Assembly: GCF_004010195.1 (NCBI RefSeq)
Contig: NC_057718.1
Coordinates: forward strand, 32,868,203 to 32,890,950
Source of the DNA: Chiloscyllium plagiosum
Lineage: Eukaryota
DNA: 22,748 nucleotides
Direction of reading: 5' to 3'
The position numbers and the translations under genes were made by a program. Shown piece by piece: positions 12,685 to 22,634 of the stretch; positions within the stretch are counted from its first letter, which is position 1; each line of letters opens with the position of its first letter. The notes beneath the pieces are model-generated. The model saw only the letters and a program-made list of their open reading frames with translations, did not search any database and had not been told where the DNA came from.

Positions 12685-13860
12685 ATCCTGGTATCAGGCA
12701 TAAAAGAGAGTATCTGGGACTCTCATTCTCATCTGCAGAGAAGAGTATCTATCCCACTAATTGTACTGTTCTTCAGTGCAAATAAATTTCTTTTTACTCT
12801 TCGTTTGAATGGGTTCTAATGCCACAGTGAGTTTGCTAATTCTCCATTCAGCCTCTGCTCTTGCTCATACAAGTTAAAAGAACTTTAATTTTATTAGACA
12901 ATTGCAAAGTCTAAGGTTCCTCCACAACTGTCTCCTGTAACCCACATACTTGCTTCACTCACAGTCATATCAGCCTGTCCTTATCCTTGGCCTTACAGGA
13001 TACAGAACTTCAACAAGCAAGTCTACAGGAAAAGACAGAGTGGTATAGGCTGGCCCAGTAAAGAGATGACAGCAAAGAGAGAATTGAAAGTTGGAGTTTC
13101 ATTCAAAAGCTCTCTCATTTCTTATCTTTTGCACCAATGCTTCCAAGTTAGGACTCAAAACGCTGCCACATTGTCAATGGTCAAACCTACTCCTGTACAG
13201 ACACAGATGGAGTAATCTTTACTGGGCTTTCATGGGCTGCACAACCCAATAGGCCTAGAACAAGCCCACCACAGCAGTCAAGGCAGGATCACAGCAGCTT
13301 CAACCTACGCTGAAACTGCAAAGGAGGCATCACAGAGTGATGGCAGCAAACTCAAAGAAATTTTAACTCTCAGTTATACATGGGTGTTTAGACAAAATGT
13401 TAAGTTTTCATTCTTTTAAATGTTATTGCCATGGATTTGATGGTGCTTACTGCTGAGCTGGAGGCAAATTGCCCCACACAAAAAAAAACACCCACCAAGT
13501 GCACAATGTGGCATTGATTTCACTTTCCCAGAAGTTGATTCATTCTGAGCAATAGCTGACAGCAAACAACAATAGCATGCCATCAATTGATGAATTTTCA
13601 CAGACAGCAAAACAAGTTGTAACATTCATACTTTCTAAAATTAAATAATGACTGGAATACACAAAAGGGATTAAAGGTAGAGCGTCCTGACCACTCGGGC
13701 AATGCATTGAAAATTCAGCCCCACTATCCCCATAGTCACAAATGTAAATGTTTGAATAAACCACAGAATTGTGTAATCTTACCGGTCTAATTCAGGTTCT
13801 CAGAATATGCACACTAGATTTTTCCATTAACAAGAAAATAACTATTTAGTATAATCAAAT

Positions 13861-13970
13861 TGTAATGATTGGAACCAAGACCAAGTGGATCTCATGAACC
13901 ACAAACAAGGATGGGACAGTCAATAACCTGGGCCAATCAGGGAGCCCTGGCTGACAGATATAAACAGGGG
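13861..13970 (+). mobile_element. LTR-like (U3) fragment with CCAAT and TATA boxes
   Basis: Starts TGTAATGA; CCAAT at 13933-13937 and TATAAA at 13959-13964; cut off by Tx1 sequence. Confidence 0.4.
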
Positions 13971-14187
13971 TTTTCCAACTCTATTTTGATTTAGTCCCTA
14001 CCCTCCCCTTCACGGTTTTGATCATACAGCACTGTCCCTTGATGTGAAGGGCAGTGTTTGTCACTGGCCACCCAGGTGTTTTCCTATCTTCCTGGTGGTG
14101 GCATTTGAATAAAGATTCGTGCACTTTGTGTCCTTCACTGTGTCTCACACCTGCATGCACACACCATGGGTGCTGGGGGAAAAAATA
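13971..14187 (+). mobile_element. Tx1-clade LINE 3' UTR, copy 1
   Basis: Diverged direct copy of ~14452-14655; contains AATAAA; ends at the gap. Confidence 0.75.
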
Positions 14188-14229
14188 NNNNNNNNNNNNN
14201 NNNNNNNNNNNNNNNNNNNNNNNNNNNNN
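14188..14229. other. Assembly gap (42 N)
   Basis: N run. Confidence 1.
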
Positions 14230-14723
14230 GGTGGGGGGGGGGGGAGAATGGGTGTGCTCCTACACCTGGCCAAACTTCCATAAACAGGTCCAGGCAGCAG
14301 ACAGTGGATGGGGTTGTTAGGGCCGACTGCCTGCCCCTCTTCTGGGGTTATGTTAGAGCCCGAGGGTCTCTGGAGAAGGAGCATGAGGTGTCCACCAACA
14401 CCTTTGAGCGGTTTAGGGAGAGGTGGGCACCACAGGGAGCGGAGTGTATTATTTCCCCCCAATTCTATTTTCATTTAATCCCCGACCTCCCCTTCAATGT
14501 TTGATCATACAGCATTGCCCTTTGAGAATGGTTACTGGCCATTTGGGTGTTTCCTTTCTTCCTGGTAGTGGAATATAAATAAAGATTTACACACTTGCTG
14601 TTCTTCACTGTGTCCAACACCTGCACACACACGACATAGGCGCTGGGGAAAAATAAGCACTACTGCAGTCAGGTGGTAGTGTAGGGGAAGGAAGAAAGGG
14701 AAAAAAAAAGAAAAAAAAAAAAA
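14230..14723 (+). mobile_element. Tx1-clade (L1-like) LINE 3' end, copy 2, with poly(A)
   Basis: SINRSRQQTVDGVVRADCLPLFWGYVRARGSLEKEHEVSTNTFERFRERWAPQGAECII resembles the Tx1 ORF2 C-terminus; AATAAA at ~14578; A-tail at 14701-14723. Confidence 0.8.
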
Positions 14724-15211
14724 GGAGTATTAATCAGGTCAGAACGGCCGAGCACCAGACGATACGTAGGGGCAGGCTGAGATCTGGAAGGCTTGTGGGC
14801 TGCCTTGTGCGCTGTCGTACCAGGGAGGGGGATGGACTGTCCTTGAGGTGGCCAAAAGGTGTGTCAGGATGGACGAGAGCCAATGGGAATGTGGGGGCAG
14901 ACAGAGAGCCTGAAAGCAGGCAGGCTGTCCTCTACACTGTCACCCCGGGCAGGTAACAGGGTGGACTGTCCGGGGGTGGCTGGAACACTGGTTTTAAAAA
15001 TAGTTCTGCATTTCAGCTCACTTTTGAAAAGGACTGAAATAAAAAAGCACATTCACAATAGTGTCCACAAAAAAGGTCTTTCTAACTAATGGAAAAATAA
15101 TCAAACAATCTTTTTAAAAAAAAATCATTGCAATTATTAAATGAGAGTTGTAACATTCCATAAATATAAAATCTGCTTTTTCTTTCAGGAGCAAGCAGAT
15201 TGCTCAGGGCG

Positions 15212-15571
15212 CCTAGTTGCAAAACGCTTCAGAGAACATCCTGGGAGACTGCACCAACCAACCCCAATGCCCCATGGCTGAACACTTCAACTCCCCCTCC
15301 CACTCTGCCAAGGACATGCAGGTCCTGGGTCTCCTCAATTGCCACACCCCAACTACCTAACACCTGGAGGAAGAGTACCTCATCTTCTGCCTTGGGACCC
15401 TCCAACCACACTGCATCTATGTGGACTTCAGTTTCCACATTTCCTCTCGCCCCACCTATCCCAGTTCCAACCTGCCAACTCATGACCTGTCCATCTTCCT
15501 TCCCACCTATCTGCTCCACCCTCCCTCTGACCTATCACCATTACACCCACCTCCATCTACCTATCACCAAT
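15212..15571 (+). mobile_element. Penelope-like element, GIY-YIG endonuclease C-terminal fragment
   Basis: KRFREH...PMAEHFNSPSHSAKDMQVLGL...HLEEEYLIFCLGTLQPHCIYVDF followed by a C/T-rich 3' region; contains a stop and frameshifts. Confidence 0.85.
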
Positions 15572-15719
15572 TACATGACGAATGTCAATACATGACAGGA
15601 TCTGCTGGGAAGAGTATCAATGGATAGACAGTAGATCAAAGGTAGTTTAGGGTTGTCAGAATAGCACTGGTTCTTGATTTGGTATTGAGCCCCAGGTTTT
15701 TGTTGCTGCTTTGCTCATG

Positions 15720-16560
15720 AAAGGTTAGATTATCTATCATAATTTTCATCCACCTTTGCGCCCTGGGCAGAAATCTCAGTCTTCCAGCAATGGATTCTCT
15801 ACCATCAACCTTCATTTTAACTTCATCTGATTAACCTTCATCTAACCAAAGATGATATGCTCCTTCATCCTTATTCACTTGCAACTGCTCTGCTGCACCA
15901 TGTTGTTCAGGCACAGCAAACAACCATCATTCTCAACACCTTGGCTGCCAAGTCACAAACCTGTACTTAGGTACCTGAAACACATCTTCATTAATCCAAT
16001 GGCTTGTTCCACGACACCGGATAGTCATGTAGCGCTTGGTTCAGTCTGCCTAAACCTTACCAGAATTGCTACTAACAGATGCCCTGAGATGAGCCAAGTT
16101 TGAAGAGGGCAACCCTTATCTTCCAGAATCCAGTCACAAAATTTGTCTCCTACAGTGTTTCATGATGGATCACAGTGAACATGGAAAATAACTTCATGAA
16201 TCTCCTTTGGCTGCATATTGATGAACAAATATCTCACAGACATTGTGAATCCAAGTGTTCAATTCTGGCATTTGCCATCACTACAGAAGGTTACACAACT
16301 CTCTTTTTGGCAACATTAATTATTTGAGACAGAGGATGTCGTTATGTGCAGCTAACTGTGACATCCTCAATATATCTCTGGTGTGGAAGGAACCAGTTTT
16401 AAAGAAAAAATTAAGTTTGCTGCTGAGTTCCACAGCAATAACTGTCTATCTACCAGGTCCAAATGGAAGTAGGTCTTCTTCTGCTACCATCTGATGTAAT
16501 GCTGTCAACCAGTGGATTCATTGCTCTTCCAAATGTCAATCTCATCTGTGTACCTCTCTC
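15720..16560 (-). pseudogene. Fossil PIF/Harbinger (HARBI1-like) DDE transposase
   Basis: Collinear manually translated motifs: LNFFFKTGSFHTRDILRMSQLAAHNDI (16415-16335), WILEDKGCPLQTWLI (16132-16088), VVEQAIGLMKMCFRYL (16015-15968), VLRMMVVCCA (15939-15910), then an acidic tail. Confidence 0.8.
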
Positions 16561-17162
16561 ATCATGGTACAGCAGCATTGCTTGTATGGTGATTTTTCTG
16601 ATGCGCTGCCAAATGCATCCAACATATTTGAAAGTCTCCAAAAGGTTTAGATAAAGTTGTATGCACAGAAGAGCTCCCAGCCAAATATTCACTAGAGGGA
16701 ACAGAGACACTGTCATGGAGGTAACCATAAGATTAAATAGCCCATGACCGACAACTCAAAAGTGTTCAGTTATTGTAACTATCCACTCACACACATGGCC
16801 CCCATTCTTGGAGGATAATATTCCTCATACGTTTAATTCACATTTTGATGTCTGAGCAGTTGACTGCAATTTTTTCGGTCATTCACTTACATAAAGTGTG
16901 AACATTTTTAGGGATCCTTAACCACAGTGGAAGACAACCTGGCTCAATTCCTCATCTATTTGTAATGTTTCACCAAATTACTACGATCCAAGGAAACAAA
17001 GTCAAGAATACTTAACCAAAATAAAGATACCAATACATCATGAGGCAGTTTTCAAAAAGTGGTTAAAAAGCCTTATACATAATTTTCCAACTCTGATCAG
17101 ATATTCAGTATTTACAGAATCTTACTGCTGCTTTTTTTTCCTTTCAGCATGCAATTCATTTA

Positions 17163-17430
17163 AGGGGAGGCAATGACCTAGTGGCATTGTCACCAGACTT
17201 GTAATCCTATGTAATGTTCTGAGGAGCCCGGTTTGAATCCCTATGACAGACAGTAGAATTTGAATTCAACAAAAAAAATCTGGAATTAAAAGACTAATGA
17301 CTTCTATGAAACCACTGTTTATAGTTATAAAAATCCTTCTGGATCACTAATGTCCTTTAGGTAAGGAAACTGCTGTCTTAGCTGGTCGGGCCTATATGAG
17401 TGTCCAGACTCTCAGCAACATGGTTGACTC
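17163..17430 (+). mobile_element. SacSINE1-like Deu-SINE, 5' part (tRNA head plus Deu domain)
   Basis: A box TGACCTAGTGG (17174-17184), B box GGTTTGAATCC (17230-17240); Deu-like TCACTAATGTCCTTTAGGTAAGGAAACTGC...TGGTTGACTC. Confidence 0.8.
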
Positions 17431-19625
17431 CTCTGTATACAGAGGAAGTCAGTCCGGGTGTTCCTCAACAGGAGACTTGGATGAATCAGGACATACCGAT
17501 ACTGTAAAAACCAGGTGTGAGGCCTTCAGATCAGGAGACCCGCTCAAATAATAAGAATCCAAGTATGACCTTCGCAGAGCCATTAAGACAGCCAAGGACA
17601 AATACCGATCCAAACTAGAGACCCAGACAGACACCCGGCGAATATGGCAAGGTCTGAATGACATCACAGGTTCTAAAAAGAGACAGTGCAACATAGCAAA
17701 CAATGACAAATCCCTCCCAGATCGTCTCAACGTCTTCTATGCTCACTTTGAGCAGAACACCTATTCTGACAAGTCCTGATGAAGCTATCCCAACAGTCAC
17801 TGCATCAGAGGTCAATCAACTTTCCTTCCTGTGAATCCAAGAAAAGTGATGGGACCATACAGAGTACCAGGCCATGCACTCAGAGCATGCACAGATCAAA
17901 TGGCAGAGGTGTTCTCAGACATCTTCAACTCTCCTGCAGCAGGCCATTGTCCCTGCCTGTTTCAAGAGGACCAACATCATCCCTGTGCCTAAGGCGGCTC
18001 ATGCAGCATGTCTCAATAACTACCGCCCAGTGGCCCTAACTTCAGTGGTCATGAAGTGCTGTGAAAGGCTGGTCCTGGCATTAATCAACTCCAGCCTCCC
18101 CACTACTCTTGACCCACTCCATTTGCCTATTGGACCAACAGATCTATGTCAGATGCCATATCACTTGGCCTTCGCTCCTCCCTAGAACATCTTGACACCA
18201 AGAACAGCTGTGTAAGAATGCTACTCATTGAAGGCTGAACTGTAGTCAACACTATTATCCCCTTGAGACTAGTTACTGAACTTAGTGATCTCGGACTAAG
18301 CCCCACTCTGCAACTGGATCCTCAGTTTCCTGACCCACAGGCCACAATCAGTAAAGATTGGGGACAATATTTCATCCTCACTAACACTCGAGCCCCCCCC
18401 CCCCAAGGGTGCATACTCAGCCCCTGACTGTACTAACTGTATACCCATGACTGCGTCACCATACACCATATTTGGTGGGCGGCACGGTGGCACAGTGGTT
18501 AACACTGCTGCCTCACAAGGCCAGAGACCCGGGTTCAATTCCCGCCTCAGGCGACTGACTGTGTGGAGTTTGCATGTTCTCCCCGTGTCTGCGTGGGTTT
18601 CCTCCGGGTGCTCCGGTTTCTTCCCACAGTCCAAAGATGTGCAGGTCAGGTGAATTGGCCATGCTAAATTGCCCGTAGTGTTAGGTGCAGGGGTAAATGT
18701 AGGGGTATGGGTGCTTTGCGCTTCGGCGGGTCGGTGTGGACTTGTTGGGCCGAAGGGCCTGTTTCCACACTGTAATGTAATCTAATCTAATATACCATTT
18801 ACAAATTCACTGATGACACCACCATAGTCGGTTTAATCACCATCTGTGACGAAACAAACTACAGACAGGAGGTGGAAGACCTGGAAAAATGGTGCACTGA
18901 GCACAACCTAGCTCAATGCTGGCAAAACCAAGGAACCGATCAATGACTTTCGGCGGGATGTTACTCATGCTCCCCTTCACGTTAACAGCACAGAGATGGA
19001 ATGAGTGTCAAGCTCCTGGGAGTTGTCATCCACAACAAGCTTTCTTGGACTCTTCATGTGGACGCACTGGTTACAAAGGCCCAACAATATCTTTTCTTTC
19101 TCAGGCAGCTGAGGAAATTTGGCATGACAGTGAATACCCTTGCCAATTTGTATAGGTGCACCATCGATAGCATTCTGTCTGGATGCATCGCTACCTGGTA
19201 TGGCAACCGTACCATTCAAGATTGGAGACTGTTACAGAGAGTGGTGAACTTGGCCCGGACAATCACAAAGGCCAACCTCGCACCTATAGAATCCATCTAC
19301 CAGGCCCGCCGTCAAGGAAAGGCTGCCAGCATTCTCAAAGATCCATCCCACCCTGGCAATGCTTTTCTACAACCTCTACCATCAGGGAGAAGGTACAGAC
19401 GCCGGTACACACGCCGGTTTCGTAACAGTTTCTATCCTATGGTTGTTAGAATACTGAATGGATTCACAAACTCTTAACATTTGCCTGTACTTGTGTTTTT
19501 GTTTTTGCCGCTATTTACCTATTATTTACTATCTATGCTACTTAACTCTGATCTGCCTGTATTTCTTGCAAGACAAAGCCTTTCACTGTGCCTTGGTACG
19601 CGTGACAATAAATTCAATTCAATTC
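17431..19625 (+). mobile_element. Rex1/Babar-clade LINE, 5'-truncated
   Basis: VPACFKRTNIIPVPK...CLNNYRPVALTSVVMKCCERLV; YKFTDDT; KAQQYLFFLRQLRKFG...CIATWYG...ILKDPSHPG; 3' end GACAATA(AATTC)3. Confidence 0.9.
18477..18790 (+). mobile_element. HE1-type V-SINE (tRNA-derived), full length
   Basis: A box TGGCACAGTGG (18488-18498), B box GGTTCAATTCC (18532-18542); V-domain GTGGAGTTTGCATGTTCTCCCCGTGTCTGCGTGGGTTTCCTCCGGGTGCTCCGGTTTC; HER1-like tail GGGCCGAAGGGCCTGTTTCCACACTGTAATGTAATCTAATCTAA. Confidence 0.95.
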
Positions 19626-19954
19626 TTAACTGCCCTATGAAATGGCTTTGCAAGCCACTCAATTGTATCAATAACAAGAAAGAAAACAAAAGTAATCAAA
19701 CCAGATGGACCATCTGGCAGCAACTAAGGCACTGGAAACAACAGCAAGAGATCACCTTTCTTTCAATGCTGCTGGATCAAAGTCCTGGAACCAGCCTCTC
19801 CAACAGCTGCCTACACCTTTGGTCTTCCTACAGCAAATGGTCTGCAGCAGCTCAAGGCAGCAGCTCACCACCACCTCCTCTGGGGCAACTCAGCACAGGC
19901 AATAACTATTGGCCCAGCTAGGGACACCTATATCCCATGAACAAAGAGAGAAAA
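19626..19954 (+). mobile_element. SacSINE1-like element, 3' continuation
   Basis: Resumes with TTAACTGCCCTATGAAATGGC..CAAGCCACTC and ends with CAGCTCACCACCACCTCCTC..GGGCAAC..GGCAATAAC..ATCCCATGAACAAA. Confidence 0.8.
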
Positions 19955-20484
19955 TATAAATCATTCATTTGTACGGATACCTCAAACTAAAAGCTTAAAC
20001 TAAACCAAATATTCTAGATGTTCAATATTAATGAGAAATATTTGGCAACTTACTTATTTTTTCAGTGTGCTACTTACTAGGATCAGTGTGGAGTGGATTT
20101 ATATTGCTCAGACTGAACAGACATAGCTACAGAACAGAATTCCAGGTCTTAGTATTCAAACGACTTATTCTGTTTATGTGAGTTAACTTGAAGATGTTAA
20201 CATAAATAAAATTGGAAACTATTCAACATTTGGACAAATAAATGCACCAGGAATTTCAAGAACATTGATATACTGGGTGGCTGATTTGACTGCTTCATTG
20301 AATTAGGGAAATAATTGTTTAACAGCTATTATTTTCTTTGGTCAAAATTCAGTCCATTACTAGGTGGACCTGCAATCTAAAATCCAGAAATAAAGAGAGC
20401 CTCTACAAAAAGTAGACCACAACTAGAATGGATGGATGCACTCGCTGGGTAAACAAGGGTCCAAATCTTGAATAGATTCAGCAG

Positions 20485-20521
20485 ATCATTGAATCATAGA
20501 ATCCCTACAGTGTAGAAATAG
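20485..20521 (-). mobile_element. 3' tail stub of another CR1/HER1-type element
   Basis: ATCATTGAATCATAGAATCCCTACAGTGTAGAAATAG, interrupted by the next CR1. Confidence 0.5.
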
Positions 20522-20986
20522 ATTGAGAATAGACAATAGACAATAGGTGCAGGAGTAGACCAATCTGCCCTTCGAGAATGCACCACCATTCAATATGATC
20601 ATGGCTGATCATTCCTAATCAGTATCCTGTTCCTGCCTTATCTCCATAACCCTTGATTCCACTATCCTTGAGAGCTCTATCCAACTCTTTCTTAAATGAA
20701 TCCAGAGACTGGGCCTCCACTGCCCTCTGGGGCAGAGCATTCCACACAGCCACCACTCTCTGGGTGAAGAAGTTTCTCCCCATCTCTGTCCTAAATGGTC
20801 TACCCCGTATTTTTAAGCTGTGTCCTCTGTTTCGGCACTCACCCCGCAGCGGAAACATGTTGCCTGCCGCCAGAGTGTCCAATCCTTTGATCATCTTATA
20901 TGTCTCAACCAGATCCCCTCTCAGTCTTCTAAACTCAAGGGTACACAAGCCCAGTCGCTCCAGTCTTTCAGTGTAAGGTAATCCGT

Positions 20987-21225
20987 ATATTGGGTCCAAT
21001 ATACCAACCACTACAGCGGACAGCTGAAACTGACAACCAGAAGCGGCAGGGACAGACCACTATAAACACCGGAGGAAACATCAAAGAAGCGCTTCGCAGG
21101 AGGCTCCCAAGCACTGATGATATCGCCTAGCCAGGGGACGAAACGTTTGCAACAAAAACTTCCAGCTCGGCGAACAGAACCACAACAACGAGCACCCGAG
21201 CTACAAATCATCGCACAAACTTTGA
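20987..21225 (+). mobile_element. Penelope-like 3' / pseudo-LTR fragment inserted in CR1
   Basis: ORF end LGPIYQPLQR, TATAAA at 21061, hammerhead motif; flanked by duplicated CR1 sequence. Confidence 0.8.
21111..21150 (+). ncRNA. Minimal type-I hammerhead ribozyme motif (PLE type)
   Basis: GCA-CTGATGA-T-ATCGCCT AGCC AGGGGAC-GAAA-CG-TT-TGC: both core boxes, an imperfect stem II, palindromic ACGT stem III and a GCA/TGC stem I. Confidence 0.75.
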
Positions 21226-22634
21226 ATCTTATATGTCTCAATCCCCTCTCAGACTTCTAAACTCAAGGGTATACAAGCCCAGTCGCTCCAGTCTTTCAGC
21301 GTAACGTAGTCCCGTCATTCCAGGAATTGACCTCATGAACCTATGCTGCACTCCCTCAATAGCCAGAATGTCTTTTCTCAAATTTAGAGACCAGAACTGC
21401 ACACAGTACTCCACGTGAGGTCTCACCAGGGCCCTGTACAGCTGCAGAAGAACCTCTTTGCTTCTATACTCAATCCCTCTTGCTATGAAGGCCAGCATAC
21501 TATTAAGCTTTTTTCACCACCTGCTGTACCTGCATGCTTACCTTCATTAACTGGTGTACAAGAACACCCAGATCTCTCTGTACTGCCCCTTTACCTAAAT
21601 GGATTCCATTTAGGTAGTAATCTGCCTTCCTGTTCTTGCCACCAAAGTGGATAACCATACATTTATCCACATTAAACTGCATCTGCCATGCATCTGACCA
21701 CTCACCTAACCTGTCCAGGTCACCCTGTAATCTCCTAACATCCTCCTCACATTTCACCCTGCCACCCAGCTTAGTATCATCAGCAAATTTGCTAATGTTA
21801 TTACTAATACCATCTTCTATATCATTAACATATATTGTAAAAAGCTGTGGTCCCATCACTGATTCCTGCGGTACCCCACTGGTCACTGCCTGCCATTCCG
21901 AAATGGAGCAGTTTATCACTACTCTTTGTTTCCTATCAGCCAACCAACTTTCAATCCAATTTAGTACTTGCCCCCAATACCATGCGCCCTAATTTTGCTC
22001 ACTAACCTCCTGTGTGGGACTTTATCAAAAGCTTTCTGAAAGTCCAGGTACACTATATCTACTGGATCTCCCTCGTCCATCTTCAGAGTTACATTCTCAA
22101 AAAATTCCAGAAGATTAGTCAAGCATGGTTTCCCCTTCATAAATCCATGCTGACTCTGATCTATCGTGTTACTACTATCCAGATGTGTCATAATTTCATC
22201 CTTTATAATAAACTCCAGCATCTTTCCCACCACTGAGGTCAGACTAACTGGTCTACAATTTCCTGCTTTCTCTCTCCTACCATTCTTAAAAAGTGGTACA
22301 ACATTAGCCACCCCCCAATCCGCAGGAACTGATCCCGAATCTATTGAACTCTGGAAAATAATCACCAACGCATCCATGATTTCTCGAGTCACCTCCTTCA
22401 ATACCCTAGGATGTAGACCATCAGGCCCCGGGGACTTATCAACCTTCAGACCTAACAGTCTCTCCAACACCAAATCCTGGCAAATATAAATTCCCTTAAG
22501 TTCAGGTCCTTCAGCCACTGTTACCTCAGAGAGATAGCTTGTGTCTTCCCCAGTGAACACAGATCTGAAGTACCAATTCAATTCTTCTGCCATTTCTTTG
22601 TTCCCCGTAATATATTCCCCGGTTTCTGTCTTCA

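Larger units (their letters stand above)
20522..22634 (-). mobile_element. Relatively young CR1 LINE (RT region, few disruptions)
   Basis: ORFs 21961..22635, 21503..21943 (ISKFADDTKL), 21238..21498 and 20619..~20985; repeated CTATTGT tail on the minus strand. Confidence 0.95.

Noticed and set aside
12997..13022. 26-nt minus-strand microexon candidate (LLVEVLYP) with good AG/GT signals
   Set aside because: Isolated, length not a multiple of 3, and lies in probable transposon-derived sequence.
16450..16728. 92-aa ORF with an upstream acceptor-like site as a host exon
   Set aside because: Overlaps the decayed Harbinger region; no recognisable protein and no good donor.
18477..18550. tRNA-like sequence with A/B boxes (also 17163-17245)
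   Set aside because: SINE heads that continue into V or Deu domains, not tRNA genes.
20653..22489. Plus-strand ORFs of 74-118 aa
   Set aside because: Antisense shadows of CR1 ORF2.
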